This document shows, in pieces, positions 53,620-57,189 of a DNA stretch of 57,189 nucleotides; position 1 is the first letter of the stretch; every line of letters starts with the position of its first letter. The stretch is from contig JAJZNT010000022.1 in NCBI GenBank assembly GCA_021811685.1, forward strand, positions 1 through 57,189, in the 5' to 3' direction. The position numbers were made by a program, and so were the translations under genes. Origin of the DNA: a bacterium. GTDB taxonomy: Bacteria; Patescibacteriota; Saccharimonadia; Saccharimonadales; UBA4665. The notes below the pieces were generated by a model, which saw nothing but the letters and a program-made list of their open reading frames with translations, was not told the origin of the DNA and ran no database searches.

Positions 53620-53991
53620 ATGGATCCCCAACAGAGCATGCCGAGTTTTGATTTGCCACCTATTAACAGTGAGGCTACGGGTGGAATTGTCAATAATCCG
53701 ATTATGGCTCAGAATGATCAACCCCAACCGGTTAACGGCGGTGTTCCAACCTTTACAGCTCCTCCAATGGCTACAAATCCGCAGTATCTTCAGGACTCAA
53801 CATCTGTTCAAAATGTCGCATCTCCGGCCGTGGCTAATGATATAGATTTGATGGAGAAAGAGTGGGCTAATAGGGTGCGGGAGATTAATCAAGCTACAAA
53901 CGGCGACCCATACGAGAAGTCCAGGCAACTCGCTTTATTAAAAGGAGAATACTTGCAGAAGCGGTATCAAAAGACGCTTAAGTCGACGTAA
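53620..53991 (+). CDS. hypothetical protein (Pro/Gln-rich N-terminus, helical C-terminus)
   Basis: 123-aa ORF whose stop lies 6 nt before the ATPase start. No family recognised. Confidence 0.4.
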   Translation: MDPQQSMPSFDLPPINSEATGGIVNNPIMAQNDQPQPVNGGVPTFTAPPMATNPQYLQDSTSVQNVASPAVANDIDLMEKEWANRVREINQATNGDPYEKSRQLALLKGEYLQKRYQKTLKST

Positions 53992-53997
53992 ATATAT

Positions 53998-56991
53998 ATG
54001 AACGCAGTAATTTATATACTAATTACCGTAATTGTTATAGCTATATTAGCCGGTATAACCTTCTTGCAGGTCAGGAAAGTACTTAGAGAGCGAAAAAATA
54101 TCGAGAGGGGGCTAAAAATGGTGCCCCTATTTATTCATTTGCCACCTTCAAGTGAAGATATTGAGGGCAACGGCAGAGATACGCGGGACGTAGTAGAGGA
54201 AACTATATCCAGGGCTCAAACGATATATAACATTATTGCCGGCACGGTAAAGTCGGGGGTAAAAGAGAAATTTTTTTACGGACAAAGACACTTTGCTTTT
54301 GAAATAATTGGCAGTCAGGGCTTTGTATATTTTTACGCCCTTGTACCGGTGTCTATGGTTGAGGTCGTAAAGCAGGCAATAGTAAGCTCATACCCATCCG
54401 CTCGGCTTGATGAGGTGGGCGAACACAATATTTTCAGCAGGGTTGGTAAGACCCCGGGCACCTTAGGAGGTGAAATACACTTAAAACAATCATTTGCCTA
54501 TCCTATAGCTACTTACGAAGATACCAAAAGGGACGGCATGCAAGCCTTACTCAATGCCCTTTCTAGCCTCAGTAAAGAAGACGGGGCTGCCATACAGATC
54601 TTAATGCGCCCGGCGTTTGAGCACTGGCGTGAACAATCCAAGAGCGTAGCCGAAGGAAAAAGAAACGGCAACAAAAAAAGTACCGGCGCAGTTGCCGGAT
54701 CTTGGGCGAAGAGTTTTTTCATGGCTTTTGCTAAGCCAGTAGAAGAGAAAAAAGAGGAAAAGAAAAAGGAACTTTCTAATTTAGAGCAGGCTACCCTGGA
54801 CTCAATTGATGCTAAAACCAGAGAAGCTGGATATGAAGTTCTAATCAGGATAGTCGTTTCGTCCAATGTTTATCAGCGGTCTCAGGCTATTCTGAGCAAT
54901 ATAGTTGCCAGTTTTTCAGTATATGACGCCCCCGGCAAGAACGGATTTAAATATACCCCAGCCAAGGATATAGACAAGCTTGCGAGCGACTATATATTAC
55001 GTATTTTTCCTCAGGAGAAGAGGCAGATGGTGTTAAACTCAACCGAGCTTGCGACTATTTTTCATTTTCCTGATCAGCGTAATATTCCTACGTCTCAACT
55101 GGCAAGACAATCGTCTAAACAGGTTGACGGTCCTAGAGATGTACCGGAAGACGGGCTACTGCTTGGATATAACCTCTTTAGAGGAGCTAAAAAGCCTATA
55201 AGACTGAGTCTGGCCGACCGTCAGCGGCATGTATATGTTGTCGGTCAAACCGGCACTGGAAAGTCTACTTTCATGGAAGACCTGGCTTTTCAGGATATGA
55301 GACGCGGCAGCGGCTTTGCCTTTGTTGATCCCCATGGAGACACGGCTGAAAGGTTACTGGCTATGGTGCCTAAAGAAAGGGTCGAGGATGTAATTTACTT
55401 TTGCCCGGGCGATATGGACTATCCTATGGGTCTGAACCTTTTTGAGTTTCAAACCCCTGATCAAAAGGACTTCCTGATCCAGGAAGCTCTTAACATGCTC
55501 TACAAACTCTATGATCCTAACCACCAAGGGATTATGGGGCCCATGTTCGAGAACATGTTTAGAAATGCAGCTCTGACTATTATGGCCGACCCTGAAGGCG
55601 GTACTTTCGTAGATATTCCAAAATTATTTAGGGATCCGCAGTATCTAAAGCAGAAGTTGACTCACGTAAGCGATCCGACGGTTTTGGAGTTTTGGAATAA
55701 GGAAGTACCCCAGCGGCAGCGCTCTAATGATTTCGGCGAAGTGGTAGGCTGGTTCTCCAGTAAATTCGGTGCGTTTCTGAGTAACGACATGATGCGCAAC
55801 ATCATAGGTCAAACCAAAAGTGCCTTTGACTTGAGAGCGGTAATGGACGGGAAAAAGATATTATTAGTCAATTTAAGCAAAGGCCGAACCGGGGAACTAA
55901 ACTCCAGGCTGCTTGGCATGATTTTTGTCATGAAATTCCAAGCAGCCGCTATGAGCCGGGCTAATATTCCCGAAGATGATCGTGTTGACTTTTGCCTTTA
56001 TGTAGATGAGTTTCAGAATTTTTCTACCGATAGCTTTGCCACAATCATGAGTGAGGCCAGGAAGTATCGGTTAAACCTTATAGTGGCAAACCAGTTTACT
56101 ACTCAGTTAACTGATGATGTCAGAGACTCGGTATTCGGCAATATGGGAACCATTGTTGCCTTTAGGGTGGGACAAAATGACGTTGAGAGCCTTACGCGCT
56201 ATTTCCAGCCCGTTTTTGAGGCTGAAGATTTACTTAGAGTACCTAATTTTAATACTATCGTCAGAACGCTTATAAATGGCGTACCAACGCAGCCTTTTAG
56301 TATGGCTACCTTGCCACCACTGGGATCACCGAACGCTAAGCTCGCCGACGCCCTTAAGCAACTGTCTGCAGCTAAGCACGGACGTCCAAGAAGTGTAGTA
56401 GAAAAAGAAATTTATGCACGCATGGAAACGAAAGAAGTGCCTCCAACCGGCGGATTCGGTTCTAAACCTCCCGCCTGGGCTTCATCTCCCTTGAGTAACA
56501 CAGGTCCTTCACCCGCCACTCCTTATGCTGCTTCTGCTCAAAAACAAGCTGCTAGTTTGCCGGGAAGCGGCTCGTTTATTGATGAATGGCTGGCAAAGCG
56601 CCAGAAAGCATCTACGTTACAACCCCAAACCGCGACCGTTGCGCCTGCGGCCAATATGCCTGCGTCTCAATCTCAGGCTATAGCTTCTAACCTGCCCCAG
56701 AATAGGCCCGCAGTATTAGAAAATGCCGCTCCAAGCCATCAACCGTCTCTTAATACAAGCGTTAACTTACCTCGGGCCGAAAATAGTGAAAACATTTCTA
56801 GCGAGATGCTGGATAAGCAAGAAGCGGACAAGATCGCTAATGAACTAAAAAACAATCTTCAGTCTACCCCCGCTCCTCAGCCACAACAGCCACCCTTGGC
56901 TAACAGCCCAGTCCCTAAAACTCTACCGGCTAGTGAGGACACCATATATATAGACAGGGATGGAAATTTAAAGTCTGTCGGTTCGGCTTAG
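53998..56991 (+). CDS. membrane-anchored VirD4/TraG/TraD-like (FtsK-HerA superfamily) P-loop ATPase
   Basis: 997 aa with an N-terminal TM helix, Walker A VVGQTGTGKST, Walker B LYVDEFQNF, KYRLNLIVANQ, and a long Pro/Ala/Ser/Gln-rich C-terminal tail. Confidence 0.65.
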   Translation: MNAVIYILITVIVIAILAGITFLQVRKVLRERKNIERGLKMVPLFIHLPPSSEDIEGNGRDTRDVVEETISRAQTIYNIIAGTVKSGVKEKFFYGQRHFAFEIIGSQGFVYFYALVPVSMVEVVKQAIVSSYPSARLDEVGEHNIFSRVGKTPGTLGGEIHLKQSFAYPIATYEDTKRDGMQALLNALSSLSKEDGAAIQILMRPAFEHWREQSKSVAEGKRNGNKKSTGAVAGSWAKSFFMAFAKPVEEKKEEKKKELSNLEQATLDSIDAKTREAGYEVLIRIVVSSNVYQRSQAILSNIVASFSVYDAPGKNGFKYTPAKDIDKLASDYILRIFPQEKRQMVLNSTELATIFHFPDQRNIPTSQLARQSSKQVDGPRDVPEDGLLLGYNLFRGAKKPIRLSLADRQRHVYVVGQTGTGKSTFMEDLAFQDMRRGSGFAFVDPHGDTAERLLAMVPKERVEDVIYFCPGDMDYPMGLNLFEFQTPDQKDFLIQEALNMLYKLYDPNHQGIMGPMFENMFRNAALTIMADPEGGTFVDIPKLFRDPQYLKQKLTHVSDPTVLEFWNKEVPQRQRSNDFGEVVGWFSSKFGAFLSNDMMRNIIGQTKSAFDLRAVMDGKKILLVNLSKGRTGELNSRLLGMIFVMKFQAAAMSRANIPEDDRVDFCLYVDEFQNFSTDSFATIMSEARKYRLNLIVANQFTTQLTDDVRDSVFGNMGTIVAFRVGQNDVESLTRYFQPVFEAEDLLRVPNFNTIVRTLINGVPTQPFSMATLPPLGSPNAKLADALKQLSAAKHGRPRSVVEKEIYARMETKEVPPTGGFGSKPPAWASSPLSNTGPSPATPYAASAQKQAASLPGSGSFIDEWLAKRQKASTLQPQTATVAPAANMPASQSQAIASNLPQNRPAVLENAAPSHQPSLNTSVNLPRAENSENISSEMLDKQEADKIANELKNNLQSTPAPQPQQPPLANSPVPKTLPASEDTIYIDRDGNLKSVGSA

Positions 56992-57189
56992 CTGGGGCTA
57001 ATCTAGCTACGGCTTGACTTTTAGTTAGACTACCTTTATCCGCTGAGCCGTTTAACTAGAGATTATTAAAGTGATGAAAACGTTGTACGTATCTGTTAAA
57101 TAAGATATACTAATAAGTAAGTGGGAAATATCCATTTCTGAACTAGATGAGGGTTATTAGTGGCAAACAAAAGTAGTAGAAGCGATTAT

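Noticed and set aside
1-57189. Alternative genetic code (UGA recoded, as in some CPR lineages)
   Set aside because: TGA terminates well-conserved genes at their expected lengths (pilB at 21660-21662, vapC at 31690-31692). No conserved gene contains in-frame TGA. The only in-frame TGA seen (37834-37836) is in a small array ORF and is more simply a nonsense mutation.

Overview
This 57.2-kb window comes from a small-genome, moderately AT-rich bacterium. It holds translation and housekeeping genes (rpsF-ssb-rpsR-efp, ychF, ndk, thrS, miaA, rpmB, infC-rpmI-rplT), RNase P RNA and six CCA-encoding tRNAs. It also holds a secretin-less type IV pilus locus, a 1500-aa low-complexity surface protein, many tiny toxin-antitoxin (TA) operons and almost no metabolism. 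That content resembles Candidate Phyla Radiation / Patescibacteria, most like Saccharibacteria, but this is inference only. The standard genetic code applies, because TGA, TAA and TAG all terminate recognisable genes.

Layout:
- 1-5.9 kb: housekeeping genes.
- 6-8.6 kb: two intact TA modules plus decayed ones.
- 8.7-18 kb: same-strand genes for membrane or secreted proteins of unknown function, including the giant protein bracketed by two paralogous TPR-like proteins.
- 18-30 kb: type IV pilus locus (pilN/O-like, pilB, pilT, pilC, pilin, pilD, four pilin-like genes, inverted pilM).
- 30-34 kb: xerC/D-like recombinase, ndk, tRNA-Arg, vapBC, PH-domain protein and parvulin.
- 34.9-39.7 kb: minus-strand array of six TA cassettes running from the 3' end of tRNA-Asp.
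- 39.9-57 kb: GT2 synthase, nrdR, tRNA-Val, thrS, ATL, miaA, tRNA-Pro with mazEF, an RNase H fusion, rnpB, the infC operon and a 997-aa VirD4/TraG-like ATPase.

Most interesting observations:
1. The TA cassette array at tRNA-Asp. Every cassette is closed by a copy of one repeat family, and the repeat carries an 11-mer identical to the tRNA-Asp 3' end. This looks like integron-like or att-scar organisation, but no integrase lies inside the array.
2. A 28-nt perfect inverted repeat that pairs the rpsF leader with the 3' end of the rpsF coding region.
3. A duplicated micro-ORF convergent with two PIN toxin genes, whose two copies differ almost only at synonymous sites.
4. The giant adhesin-like gene, translationally coupled to one of two flanking paralogous TPR-like membrane proteins, directly upstream of the pilus locus.
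5. Candidate regulatory RNAs upstream of nrdR, thrS and infC.

All homology calls were made by eye from the translations. No searches were run.
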